Assembly: GCF_009834535.1 (NCBI RefSeq)
Contig: NC_045696.1
Coordinates: 17,548,001 to 17,612,000, forward strand
Origin: Camelus ferus
Lineage: Eukaryota
Direction of reading: 5' to 3'
DNA length: 64,000 bases
Within the stretch, counting starts at the first letter, position 1; every line of letters starts with the position of its first letter. Positions 37,450-50,484 of this stretch are shown piece by piece. The notes under the pieces were generated by a model. It had not been told where the DNA came from and made no database searches. It worked only from the letters and a program-made list of their open reading frames with translations. The translations under genes were made by a program, and so were the position numbers.

Positions 37450-38178
37450 GAACTAGTAATTTAAAATTTCCTGTAAAGAAAAACCCAAGTTCAGGTAATT
37501 CCACTGGTGAATTTTACCAAACATTTAAAGAACTAAAATCAATCCTTCACAAACACTTAGACACACAAAAAAATGGAAAAGAGGGAATGTTTTCCAGCTT
37601 ATTCTGTCAGCCCATTATTACCCTGATACCAAAACTATATGAAGATATCACAAAAAAAATTACAGAACAATATTTCTTATGAATATAGACACAACCAAGT
37701 AGTGCGAAGTCAAATCCAAACATATTAGAAAAAAATTATTCACAAAAACCAAGTGAGGTTAATTCCAGAAATGCAACATTGGTTCAAAACACAAAAATTA
37801 ACTAATGTATTACAGTATATTAACAGAGAAGAGAAAAACACGTGGTCATCATAGTAGATGTGAGAAAAGCAATTGACAAAATTCAACATCTTTTCAAGAT
37901 AAAATCATTTAACAAACTAGGAATAGAAGGGGACTTCCTTAACCTAATAAAAGGAACCTACAAAAATTCACTGCTAATTTCATTCTTAATGGTAAAATAT
38001 TCAATACTTTTCCCCGAGATAAAGAATAAAACAAAGATGCTTGCTCCTGCCACTTTTACTCAGCGTGGGGATATAGGCAAGTTACTTAGACAAGACGTTA
38101 AAGTGAAAGGCCTTAGCTTGGAAAGAAAAAATACTATCTCTATTTCAGATGACATGACCTGATACATAGAAAATTCTA
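37450..38178 (+). mobile_element. Old L1 ORF2 reverse-transcriptase remnant
   Basis: ORF 37842-38162 IIVDVRKAIDKIQHLFKIKSFNKLGIEGDFLNLIK matches L1 RT (IISIDAEKAFDKIQHPFMIK…); ends at SDDM (FADD motif). Frameshifted. Confidence 0.92.
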
Positions 38179-39288
38179 GTGCCATTGGGCCAAAAGAACA
38201 AGGGACACCATAACAAAGTCAATGCTGGAGGAGGATTCTCCACGACTCAAGAAGTTGGGAGCGTAGAGAGTAGTTCACAGCTCCCGCACCTCTAATGAGA
38301 GCCTTGGTGCCACAGAGATCTGGGACCTTGGGTCACTATCTTGTTCTAACTGAACAAGACTCCATCTGTCCAGGCAAGGTCCAATAGTTTCCTAAAGGGG
38401 AATGGAGAGTGGTCAGCAGCCTACCTATGTGTGATTTTCTTTATACTTGACCTTGATATTGGAAGAGGTAAAGTGTAGAATGATATTTCATATTTGTTGT
38501 CACTACTCTTTGGTGAGATTTTTTGGCCATTTATAGAAGGTCTGTGTATCTATCACAATGCTCTCAAACTTTCCTGGAACTTTTGCAGATTAGACCATTT
38601 TGCTATATCTAGGCATTCTAATTGTAAGTGGGTTGCTACCATATGGTAATAATGAGTTATAAAATCACATGTTGTAAATGTTCTTCAAAAATGATAGAAG
38701 AAAAACGTCTTCTCAAAAGAACTTTTGGAAATGAAATTGTTAGACCATCACTTCTATAAATAATCCCAGGAGCATCATACCCACGTTTGTTTGGCAGATT
38801 GGAGAGGTAGAGCAGAAAGTCTTCACAACAAGAAAAAAGCTTCTCTGCCAGGCTGGTCTTATTTGAAAGACATATTAGTATTATAACCACGTTCTGTGTG
38901 CACATTTTGGTCCTCACCATGTATATATAGTTGACAATGCCACATTGTTTTGGAAATAGCCAGTGTTTCTAGATGATCTGGTGTGTGACATGTTAAAAGT
39001 AGAGATAGTAAAATAAAATGTTTTTAATACCTTTTTTAAAAAATTATATATATGAAATACATACATATTTTTGGAAATAGAGTGACCACACTGCCATACT
39101 GAGAAGATGAGCGTTGTGTTCACATTGCTTGGAAGAGGGAAGAGGGCAAAGAAATATGAACAGCTGCGTTTTTATAGAGAGACAAAATTAACCATCCTCC
39201 ACTGTGTTCTGTGCTTTGTGTTTTACTTTGCTGTGTATACAACATCTAGGTACTCATTTGAAACCTCAGGAGTTTCTTAGATGAAATC

Positions 39289-39675
39289 TGAAACTGGCCC
39301 CCTTATATGGAGGCCATTGAGACATGAACGAAAGAGGCAGTTCAGTCTAGCTTGGTAAGTGGCAGGTTTAATAAACAAGGAAACTTGCATACAAGGCCTG
39401 TCTTGGGTGACTACAAGATGAATAGATCTCGAAACCCATCACCAGACTCTCACAAGTTTACACAGAGACCTTAACTGGGTCCAGTCACATATACCATCCA
39501 GATGGTCTCAACAGCATATTACTCTCTCATTACTTCCTTGAAACTGCCTCCTAGTGGGGGACTAGAGGGCTGAGCATACATTCCAGGGACAGAGGAGAGG
39601 GGAAGGAGCCTCCAGTCACCTGGTACAGCTATGGGTCAACTGGTGGTCATGTCCTCATGATGACTTCCCCTGACA
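39289..39675 (-). mobile_element. ERV-type solo LTR (~390 bp)
   Basis: Minus strand reads TGtcaggggaagtcatc…cttgtttattaaacctgccac (ATTAAA polyA signal)…gggggccagtttCA; resembles a laurasiatherian LTR family. Confidence 0.75.
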
Positions 39676-40929
39676 AGAAGATGGACAAATGAGTAACGCT
39701 TTTACAACATTTAATCTTCATCAGTTTTAATGAGGTTGCCAAGATATGACAAAAGCAGTTAAAATACATAGGCAAGGTTGCCTTCTGAAAATGGTGTGTG
39801 GAAGTGAAATTATTAAAATCAATTCCATCCATTAGCGATGCTTACAGTCCATTGAGTTGATAGAACTAAGAGGAGGGGCAGTTCTAGGCCAGAATGCTAT
39901 TTAAAAGACACTTTCAGGGTATAGCCTCTGCTATATGTGTGTAACTTATTCATATGTATGTGTGTGCAGTGGACAAATTTGAGTTCTAACTTGAAGCATC
40001 TATCTAGAAGTTTAGAAGTATACAGAATAGAGAATATAGAAAATGTGAAATAATACTCTAATTTTATGTGTGTGTGAATTCATAGAAATGACTGTGTTTT
40101 GGAAATGGAATTGTAAAACTTGATCTCTTACAGTAGCATGCTGACTGTTCACTGGATCTTGGCAGGGGAGGAAATGCAGACGGAGGGTTCTATTTTCTTG
40201 AGATCAGATTATTTAACCATTGCTCTATGTGTTTTATTTAATATTTTGTGTATATAAAAGACAAATCCTAAGTGCCAAAAGTATATGAAAGGTACAGGTG
40301 AAAAAATAAATAAATCCTTTATAATTGTCATTTTGTTAACTTACAAGGAGGACTGTTTCTGACCATTGTTAAGCCACCTCTTGGAGCTAGATGCATTTCT
40401 ATATTTAGTTCATTGGGATGTGGAGGAGGGAGAAGAAAGTGGACACGAGGAAGGGCTCTTTACTAGTATTTCCATATCTAGAAGACAGTTTTGGACTGTA
40501 ATGTTTCATATGTGCATTTTTTGTCAAGTACCTATGTTTATTATGGGCAAAATTTATTCCTTTTTTTTTCAAAGTCTATTTTTTATTTTAAACTTCCAGG
40601 TTTTTAAGATGTTTTGAGGTGACAATGGAGGAATCAAAAAGCAGAGCTAGTAAATTAACCAATTTCTAAATAACTTTTGGATGTATTTGAGAGACAGGCT
40701 GCATCTTGGGTATGTAGACCTCTGAGCAGTATACCACAGAGTTGTTCATTGGGGTAGCAGTGAGGGGCAGGTTGCCTGTGTGAACATTTAGATAATCCAT
40801 TCATAGGTGTGGACATTTGCTTCAGTTCTGGGCATATACTTTTACGTTAATATTTTAATAGTATATACCTAATAATGGACTTCTCTTACAAGCATTATAC
40901 TTAATATGCTCTTGCTTTATGGCTCTGAG

Positions 40930-41208
40930 AGCTGCCCACACTGCACCTCCAGCAGTTTGTCAATTACAGGTCACGTCTTCCTGCCCTGGCCCTGGTTCCC
41001 ACGGAGGTGTCTGCTCGGAGTCGCAGCTTCCTGTATTTATTTGCCTGTCTGTCTCTCCAGTCCTGGAGAGAGCAGTTGGCCCTGTGTCTTCACCTGTCTT
41101 ACCAATCCAAGAAGTATTGTCAATTTTTCAGTTTGTTTAGCTTTTTATTTGTTGCTAGGATGGAATAGTCACCTCCAAATTCCTTACATGTGGAACTAGA
41201 AACTCCAA
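40930..41208 (-). mobile_element. Old L1M 5' end fragment
   Basis: ccagcagtttgtcaattacag…ccaagaagtattgtcaatttttcagtttgtttagctttt…ttgttgctaggatgga…ccttacatgtggaactagaaac. Confidence 0.7.
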
Positions 41209-43065
41209 GTTATTGATCTTTTATGAATTTTTTTAAGAAGCTATGTGAATTGAATGCTGAATAAATGCTTTGAGCTTTACAACTCAAAACTGTATAAAAC
41301 AGTGACCTAGATAAACTATCCTGCCTGTGAAGGATAATCTTACACACTTTTCTCTGATTGACCTAAAATCTCTGGCTCTTAGAAATAAATGTTCTTCAAT
41401 CACCAGCATAGTACTTAGCAATTTATAGAACTTGTCTCTAAATTTTTGTTCAATGTAGGGGAGTTCCCCTTGTTCCATGTCATGATAGGCAGAGGAAATG
41501 TAATCTTTAAAACAAATGACACAAAATATGATATCTCATCTAGTATGCTGGAAAGTAATTAACTGACTTCTTCGTGGAAATCTCCATTCTTTAGCTAAAT
41601 CTTTTAGAGGCCTTGTTGATAGAGGGATAAAATAAATTTTTCCCAACTCCCAATAGGTAGCAAGCATAATTTTTGAGTCAAGAAACAAATAGGAATTTTC
41701 TTATGCCATAAGAGAAATATACATATTTATTAAGACATAAAAAAATTCAATTTGCCTCTAAAATAAACAATTTTAGCTCAAACTGTATGAAATTGCCATA
41801 CCTGATCGCTTTTGACTTATGAAAATGTGTGTTTTATGCTAAAACCTAAGAAATACATAGGGAAGCTAACATAATGATTAAAACATATTTTTCTACTGTA
41901 CCAACAATAAAGTAGTTTCCTGTTAATGCTAAAATCTTCTTAAAAGAAGTTTGAACTACTGGGTTTTGAGGAATAGTGTGCACAGTAAAAAGAAAAAAAT
42001 GACAAAATAAAAATAGAGTCTCTGAAGTTAACGCAATGGCTTTTCCTTTAGCATTTTGACTCTCTGCTAGAAAGAGTATGCAGAGAAGTAATAGGTACCA
42101 GATGATGTTAGTGAGATGAAGGTATTCAAAATAAACTCAGCCATAAATAGGTAATCTACACAGGAGACATGAGGGCACACTGTATGAAGGTAGTGGAAAT
42201 CAGCATAAAAATTTCTAAAAAAGAGTGCACAGTTCACCTCCTTGCCTCATCACACCACAAGCATCACTGTCTTTTTATGGTATTCTAATTTTAATGTATT
42301 TTTATCAAGAAAGAAATACACACATCTTACTGATCCAGTTACAGGGAGTATCTGAGAATTGCTTGAAAAGTAGATGTAATGATTTTTAGTTATTCATAGG
42401 CAATATATGCACACATACTAAGATTTCTTAGTAAAAAGAAAATGAGGGCAACAAGAAAGAAAAGAAAAAATTCTCCAATTTGAAATCAAGTCTAAACTCT
42501 AGAAGTGAATTTAACAAAAATCAACTGATAATGTGCAAAATCAGGTGGCAAAAGCCCCTACCTGCCCCCTACCCCCAGCCGCAAAATTACCTAATCCTGC
42601 AACATTTGTCCTTACGAGAAGCAAGGTGGTTAATTGACCGTGTTCATTGCTTTTGTAATTAAGAAAACTATTCCAAAGTCTCTATGTCTTTTTCACAAAA
42701 TAAGCTGTGTATTTGCAAGAAAAGAGAACCGAAAGTCATGTCTGCAGACTGTGATCTTTTTGTTTAGAAATAATGTTTGATTTTTATTCAGCAGGATATG
42801 TTGAAGTCTTCATCACCCTTTCCAATTAGAAACCCAAAGGAAGCAAGAAAAATACTTGGCCAATCTCTGCTTTGAATAGAATAAGATGAGGGAAAAACCC
42901 AGATTCTCCCTTGGCTACAAGCTGCAGATAAAACTCTCTGTTTTGGGCTCCAGTCCTCACCGTGAGCAAAGCCAGCTCTCTTAACTTAGGGATGTTATCT
43001 GCCTTAAAGAAGAGATCCAAATGTCTGGTGCTGCATTTGGTATGGAATTTTGTGTTTGAAATTCT

Positions 43066-44281
43066 TTTTTTTTTTTAAACTTTTATTGAGGTATAGTCAG
43101 TTTACAATGTTGTGTCAATTTCTGGTGTACAGCATAATGCTTCAGTCATACGTGAACATACATAGATTCATTTTCATATGCTTTTTCAGCATAAGTTACT
43201 GCAAGATATTGAATATGGTTCCCTGTGCTATATAGTATAAACTTGTTTATCTATTTTATATACAGTAGTTAGTATCTGCAAATCTTGAACTCTCAATTTA
43301 TCCCTTCCCATCTCCTTCCCCACCAGTAACCATAGATTTGTTTTCTATGTCTATGAGTCTGTTTCTGTTTTGTAAATAAGTTTGTTTATCTTTTTTTTAA
43401 GATTCCACGTATAAGTGATACTGTGTGGTATTTTTCTTTCTTTTTTTGGCTTACTTCACCTAGAATGACATTTTCCAGGGCCATCCATGTTGCTGCAAAT
43501 GGCATTATTTTATTTTTTTTATGGCCGAATAGTATTCCTTTGTATAAATTTACCACAACTTCTTTATCCAGTCATCTGTTGATGGACATTTAGGTTTTTC
43601 CATGTCTTGGCTATTGTAAATAGTGCTGCTGTGAACATTGGAGGCATGTAACTTTTTGAATTAAGGTTCTCTCTGATATATGCCCAGGAGTGGGATTGCT
43701 GGATCATATGGTAAGTCTATTTTTAGTCTTTTGAGGAATCTCCATACTGTTATCCATAATGGCTGTACCAAACCACATTCCCACCAACAGTGTAGGAGGG
43801 TTCCCTTTTCTCCACACCCTCTCCAGCATTGTTTGTGGACTTTTGAATGATGGCCATTCTGACTGGTGTGAGGTGTTACCTCATTGTAGTTTTGATTTGC
43901 ATTTCTCCCGTAATTAACGATATTGAGCATTTTTTCATGTGCCTTTTGGCCATTTGTATGTCTTCATTGGAGAATTGCTTGTTTAGGTCTTCTGTCCATA
44001 TTTGGATTGGGTTGTTTGTTTTTTTGATATTAAGTCATCTGAGCTGTTTATAAATTCTGGAAATTAAGCCCTTGTCAGTCTCATCTTTTGCAAATATATT
44101 CTCCCATTCCGTAGTCTGTCTTTTTGGTTTCCTTTGCTGTGCAAAAGCTTATAAATTTAATTAGATCCCATTTGTTTATTTTTGCTTTTAATTCTATTGC
44201 TTGGATAGACTGCCCTAAGAGAACATTGCTGAGATTATGTCAGATAATGTTTTGCCTATGTTTTCTTCTAAGAGGTTTATA
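43066..44281 (-). mobile_element. Young 5'-truncated L1 (~1.2 kb) with perfect 14-bp TSD
   Basis: TSD gtgtttgaaattct at 43052-43065 and 44282-44295; poly-T at left end. ORF 43661-43930(-) encodes the ORF2 C-terminus [25 protein letters not shown]…[13 protein letters not shown]. Confidence 0.97.
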
Positions 44282-47267
44282 GTGTTTGAAATTCTCAATC
44301 CTCCTTTTAGTTCCACCTGAGTTTCATGGTTTCTTGAAATCTCTGATTTATTCTAATAAGAATAACAAAATTATGTATATTCTGGTGCTTAAAGTAAAGC
44401 AACCCCTAAGAACTTATTCTTAACTCACAGCAGATGAACTAACTTCAATACATCTGTTAACGATTTCAAAGCATAAGCAAAATTTGTTTTCATATAACAT
44501 GTTTGTTATTCTACATCAAAGGCCAATAAAGGGAAAGTTTCAAGACAAGGAAAGATATACTTAACAGGTCCATTTATAAATTTATAAAGTAAATAAACAA
44601 AATATGTAATTGATTATACTGTTGTCTGTCTGAAGAAAATTTGTGATACTGTCCTTGAAAGTGGAGTCAAACAATGCATAATTGGCCAGTAGTTCTCTAT
44701 CAAGTGTAGAAGAAAGCAGACCCTAATTCAAGAACTCAAAATCTGTTTATAAACAGTTGCATAAAGCTCTTTGTATGATGATATCAGCATGTAGACCACA
44801 CACCTAATATTCGTTCTTCTGTGTCAATATGCATCAAAAACTCCACTGTGTGTTCCATCTGATCAAGGCAAAAATGATACAAGTCATAGAAATACTCTAT
44901 AATTTATATAAAGTTTACAATATGTATAAAATGTGTAGCCCATATATTCTATGTTTACTATATTTGACTGTATTTGAGCATAGTTACCAGTAAGTGCTGA
45001 AGAAGAAAGAACCCCTGATGTTGAAAGATTCCTAATAGATTAACCTACAATTCGTTAAATAAGCATTTGGAAAAGACTTCTTTTTATCTACACTGAAATT
45101 TGTCATAATTCAGCAGCAGGCATAGGTACCTTTTCAGCTGAATGTCCTGAGTTTTCAGCATCATCTAAATGAACACAAAAAACAAAACATTCCCTGTTTA
45201 GTAGAATTTAGTAACCAATTTTCTTGTGAGCAGATAGCAAGGTAGAAGTAAGGCTCAAGTAGGCACATGTGGGCCCGCAAGCAGAGTACAGTGATGAGTG
45301 TGGTGCTACGATAGGGTAGGTACGTGCTGTGTCTGGTGGGTGTCATTCAAAGGTACACAAAGTGTTCAAAAAGAAAATCAATTCCTACTTTAATGTGATA
45401 CTGACAGAACATGTACCTCTCTCAGATTTTAAGGAAACACTCTATCTCTGACTCCATTTCTAGGATTTCCTCACAATCTTCCTATTGTCCAGATTTTGAT
45501 GACTTTAGTTTGGTTAATATAAACATTTAATAAACTGTAAAAACCAAGGGAGACATTATAACAATAAATATGCAAATAAAAATCCAACATCCATTTCTTA
45601 GGAAGAGTTTGTTAATCGTTTTTTACGTATCAATGTCACACTTTATTTCGATGTTTGCTTAAATTTGAAGAGAAGGTGCAATAATGACATAAAAAGGTCA
45701 AAGATAAAAATTATGCGGTGAATAATGAAAACCATTACAACTTTCACATCAATTGGAAAAATCAATTATTTCCTTTCTCTATATGTTTATAATATTGTCT
45801 AATTATTCTTACATGGCGACAGTTGATAATAGTAACCATTATATATACAGAAGTATAAATATTCCAAGTCATTCCAATTTGATACAATTATGTTTACATA
45901 ATACAATAAATTATAAAATCATTGAATTAGTTATATATATCTGTATATTATATTAGATATATAATATCTAATGGTGTTGCCTGTTTTAATATTATAAAAC
46001 TTATACATAGGTCCCTAATATACATTTATTTGGTGGTACCTGAGAATTGGATATTTGGAGAACATTTTTAAAATTTGCATGAGTTCCTTCAAAGAAAAGA
46101 AAAATAGTTCCTGTGCTGTTTGGGCTGGAGATAACTCTCCTGTAAAGCTTCTGAAAGCAATAAAGGTATCAATTTCTGAGTGTCAGCAAAAGGAAAAGAA
46201 GTATTTTCCTTGTGGGTGTACAAATAAAGTCTCACTCTTGGAGTATGGCCCATTACGAGGAAGGTTAGAAAAATGAATGCTGGTCATGCCCACCACCTGG
46301 TTATTTCTGGGTTGCTTCTTTCATTCAGAAACTGAGTTTTATCTTCCGTTTTGGAGTCAGTAATACGGTCACCAGCTGTGTTGGAGGAATGATTATTTTC
46401 TGAAATAATAAGTGAATGAAATGTGGAAGGGAACTGAGACCTTAACCTGGACATTTTTATTAGGTCATTTCCAATCCACTAATTTAAGTCATTAACTCAA
46501 TTTTTCAACAAAACCTGTTGCGAGCTAACTATATGGAAGTTTCACTTACTTTGGGTTATCAATTTCTAGCGGGAAGTTTCAAGAAAATTCCATTTTCCAA
46601 TGGCTGGTATGTTATCTCTTGTAGTTTCATTGATTATGAGGATAAAAATAGTAATGATAATTGCAGACATTAAACTAGTGATTTATTTTCATATATAATG
46701 TAAAATAAAACAGAAAAGAAAGTGAAAAATAGAGGTCAATTTTATATCATTTTTCAAGAAAGGAAATAATTATGAAAAACCAGTGGTAGGTCATTTATAA
46801 GAGTAGAAATCTTTAATCTCAGAATTCAGGAACTCTGCAAAGCCCAACACAGTTGCTTGGCATGTTCACCACATAGACATGGTTTAGCACGCAATTTTCT
46901 GAGTATTTGGTTATAATTTACTTGCATATTTGAGGGGTCATCTCTGCATTTTCTTCTCTTCCAAGATTTTTCTCCTGTTTCCAATTGATGTGCCAGTTTG
47001 AAGCATAATTTCCGAGTTCTTATTTTGGATCAGCCAATTATTAGCACAACTTGACTTTCACACTCTATAATTTAAATGAAATATCTTGCCATGACCTATC
47101 ACTATAGGCAAATTTTGAAAGACAGAACATTTTTTATTAAAGATTCAGTTACAAACTTATGGCTCTCCATTAAGATGATCACTTAGTCAATTTAATTATG
47201 ATTTTGAAAATTAAACTTGCAAATTTTGTTTAACCAAATATTTTCTAATATCCAATATTCTTCAAAT

Positions 47268-47350
47268 GTTGTAGATGTAATTCTTGTGTATTTGTGGGAG
47301 AGGGCGAGCTGTGAGTATCTCTACTCTGCCATCTTGGCTCAACCCCCTTC
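47268..47350 (-). mobile_element. Isolated L1 extreme 5'-UTR fragment
   Basis: Minus strand ggggttgagccAAGATGGCagagtagagatactcacagctcgccctctcccacaaatacac, the typical L1 5' start with YY1 core (47328-47335). Confidence 0.75.
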
Positions 47351-49229
47351 CAGATTTTTAATATAAAGTGACTTTAAATGAATAGATGTTTGATCCTAAT
47401 TTTGTACCTAAGCTTCTCTTTTCTGTTCTGGTCCACTGAGAGGGAATTTAGGAATTTAAACTTGACATGGGCACAATTCTGACCAGAGAATTAGAAAAAT
47501 AAAATCACCAGAATTCTTCCCATGTTACACAGCACATTGTTAAAGACAATTATGGCAGGCTGGCTCAGGATGTAGCAAAGTTTGGGTGTAGCATTCTAAT
47601 AAGAGAAAGAAAAGTTACCACTAATGATGTAAACTTGTGTCAACAAAGGCCCTTAAAGTATTTTTTTCTATATTTGTAAAATCACAGACACAGGTCTACA
47701 GAAGTTATGGAGACTAGAGAAAGAGCCAAATATATAACTTTAATCTAGTTTTGGAGATCCAGAACTCCAAAATATCTTCAGTTGCATTTCACTTAATGCA
47801 TTCCATCACACAGAAAGCAGGCAGCACTGGCATATGATCTTCACATCACATCACACACAAGAGTAGAGAATTTGAAGGCCATTGAGCACTGAATTTTCCC
47901 CTTGTACTGCAATTACAAGAACACCTGTGCTACCTAGCTGTGCACAGAGCCCCGTGAAATGCAATGTTCCAGAGCTGTCAAAATGTCTCATTTCTTGCCT
48001 TTGATGCAGAAATCTAATTGTGCTGGACCTGGCTCTAGTGCTGGGCTGTGTTTCAGTTACAAGCATAAAGCAGAAGGTCTGATGATTTTTAATTCAACCA
48101 AAGCTGAATAAAACATTCAGCTTTATGCCATTCTTTAAATAATACTTTTGGTATATTTACAGAGAAAAATATGGGAGTTGCTGCAATATAAAAATAATCC
48201 TTAAATCATGAGAATGTTTGAACAGAGCTATTGATCTGTATTTATCTAATGTTGAGTGAGATGCATCTCTGCTCTAAGTTTGAATTACTAATACAGTTTG
48301 AGCTCTGTATTTACAAAAATCCTGGTGGCTTAGGAAATGAATTCCTTTTATTTCCTGATGCTCATATTACTGAATCAATAATTGAATTTCTTTGAGTCCC
48401 AAATCAAAACGATTTATTTGACATATTAAAGAAATTACTTACTTGAACAACTTAAAAGTGTATAGAAATAATTATATTAAGTATTTAATATTTTATTAAT
48501 ATATTTCATATTTAATCAATGAGTTCAACCAGAAAGAAAAAAAAAAATTGTGTTCCTTAGGCTAGACCCTTCCTTAGAAATTCCCCAAGAGACAGAATGT
48601 GTGTTTTCCATGTTTGACATGTCCCTTGTGGACAACTTAAAAAAAAAAAAAAAAAAAGGTATGAGTTGGTACATGTGGCAATAGCTTCAAGTTTTGAAAA
48701 GAAATATTTCCTTCTACAAAAGTGAATTGTATAAGGGATTGAGCTCTCACTGTTAGAACTGTGTGACATAAGCTCTGCCTTTCTGCATACCCTTTATGTA
48801 TAAAATTCTACTTGCACTTGATCTCTTTAAAGTCATGAACTATGTCTTAGCTATGTGTATGCTCAGGGCTCTTCTGAGGATCTGCCACATAATAGGTTCT
48901 CAAGTGTATGCTAATTTTTTGTGACTTGAAATAAAATGACACTTGATTTTTGAGTATTTCCATTAACATATTTACCTCTGGATTTTTGATACCTGATTTT
49001 AGCCTATTAAAAATGTGTTTTCCACATTTATTTTGAAAACAAATGTTGGAAAGCATGGAGTTGTCTGGATTTGTATTCAGTAAAGCAATACAACATGAAA
49101 TTAATAATTCATAAATTCTAGGAGAGAATGTAGACTGTTAATATAAAGCAAATACAGTAAGACTAATAAACTCTGCACAATTAAAACTATATAATACTCT
49201 TCTTATATGTGGCAGTAGATATAAAGTCC

Positions 49230-49530
49230 CAGACTAAACTTTAGAAAGTTTAAAGTATTAATATTCTAAAAGAGCAAGATAGAACAGATAAGTGCAGTTT
49301 ATCCAAATAATGCAAGGGTGTTTCAATATAAAAATATTTCAAAACAATTAATTGCATTGATAAATTAAAGGAGAAAATAATTCCACTACATTAATGCCAA
49401 AGAAAGCATTGATTATACTTGGCAATCATTTTTTTTAAATTGAATATGAAAAAAGACAATTGTTAAAATAATATCCATCAGAGTTGTTCAAGGAAAAACC
49501 AGAATGGAATACCAATTTTATTCAACTATG
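49230..49530 (+). mobile_element. Highly decayed L1M ORF2 fragment
   Basis: tttatccaaataatgcaagggtgtttcaatata…aaaggagaaaa…aatgccaaagaaagcattgat; homologous to 37750-37900. Confidence 0.65.
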
Positions 49531-49618
49531 TTTTAAACATTCACTTATTCATTCAACATCTATTAACTGAGTGTCTACTATGTTTTCTTCAGTGCTTTAG
49601 GTCAGGGTTGGCAAATTA

Positions 49619-50484
49619 TGTTATGGACTGAGTGTTTGTCTTCTTTCAGATTTCCCAGAGTATCTTCCCACTGAGCTCTGGGCATGCTGTTTCCTCTACT
49701 TGGAATACTGAGTGCTACTCCTCCATTCTTGCCACACAGACGCACATTTTTTTTTTTTTTTTTTGTCTGAATACACTCTTTCTCATCCTTGAAGTCTCAC
49801 CTAGGTGACATTTTTTTCTAGGGAACTTACTACCTTCATGGCCAATGCTCTCCAGGTGACCTGCTCCTGTACATGGACCTTCTCAGAGCGCTGTGATCCA
49901 GTTACCGGTAGCCTTCAACACTCTTGAGGTATGTTGACTGCCTGGTTGCTCAGGATTTCTGAATGGAGGAACTGTGTTCTCCTAGTCCTCTGTCTCCAGT
50001 GGCTAATACAGTTGGTACCTGACAATTGGAAGCTACTCAATAGATAAGTGGAATAAGTGAATTTACTATACTCATGCTTATTTGAGTTTCTGAAAAAGTC
50101 CTATTTGAAGACATACGTGAAATGTGTCCTCCCAAATTCTTATGTTGGAGCTCAAAGCCCATTGTGGCTGTATTTGGAGAAAGGGTGTTTAAAAAGGTAA
50201 TTAAGGTTAAATAAAGTCATGAAGTGGGGATTCTAATCCAGTGTGACTGCTGTCCTTATAAGAAAAAGACACCCCAGGTATGCCTGTGCTGAGGAAAGCC
50301 ACGTAAGGACACAAGAAAAAAGTGGCCGTCTTCAAGCCAAGGAGCGAGGATTCAGGAGAAACCAACCTGCTGACACCTTGATCTTGGACTTCCCACCTCC
50401 AGAACTATTAGGAAAATACATTACTGTTGTTAAAACCACTCACTCTATAGTATTTTGTTACAGTAGCCCTACCTAACTACTACA
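49619..50484 (+). mobile_element. MLT1A-like MaLR LTR containing a ~460-bp insert
   Basis: TGttatggactgagtgtttgt start at 49619; body 50118-50484 (gtatttggag, ggtaattaaggttaaat, acaccttgatcttggacttc…ctccagaact, …ctaactactaCA). Confidence 0.88.
49660..50062 (+). mobile_element. L2 3' region lying inside the MLT1A LTR
   Basis: catgctgtttcctctacttggaatact, tctcatccttgaagtctcac, ctctgtctccagtggctaatacag…ctcaatagataagtggaataagtgaat. Confidence 0.7.

Noticed and set aside
37842..38162. Reverse-transcriptase-like ORF as a novel RT system
   Set aside because: Ordinary frameshifted L1 ORF2 remnant.
43661..44053. ORFs with Cys/Trp-rich and hydrophobic content
   Set aside because: Sense and antisense readings of L1 ORF2 C-terminus in a truncated insertion.
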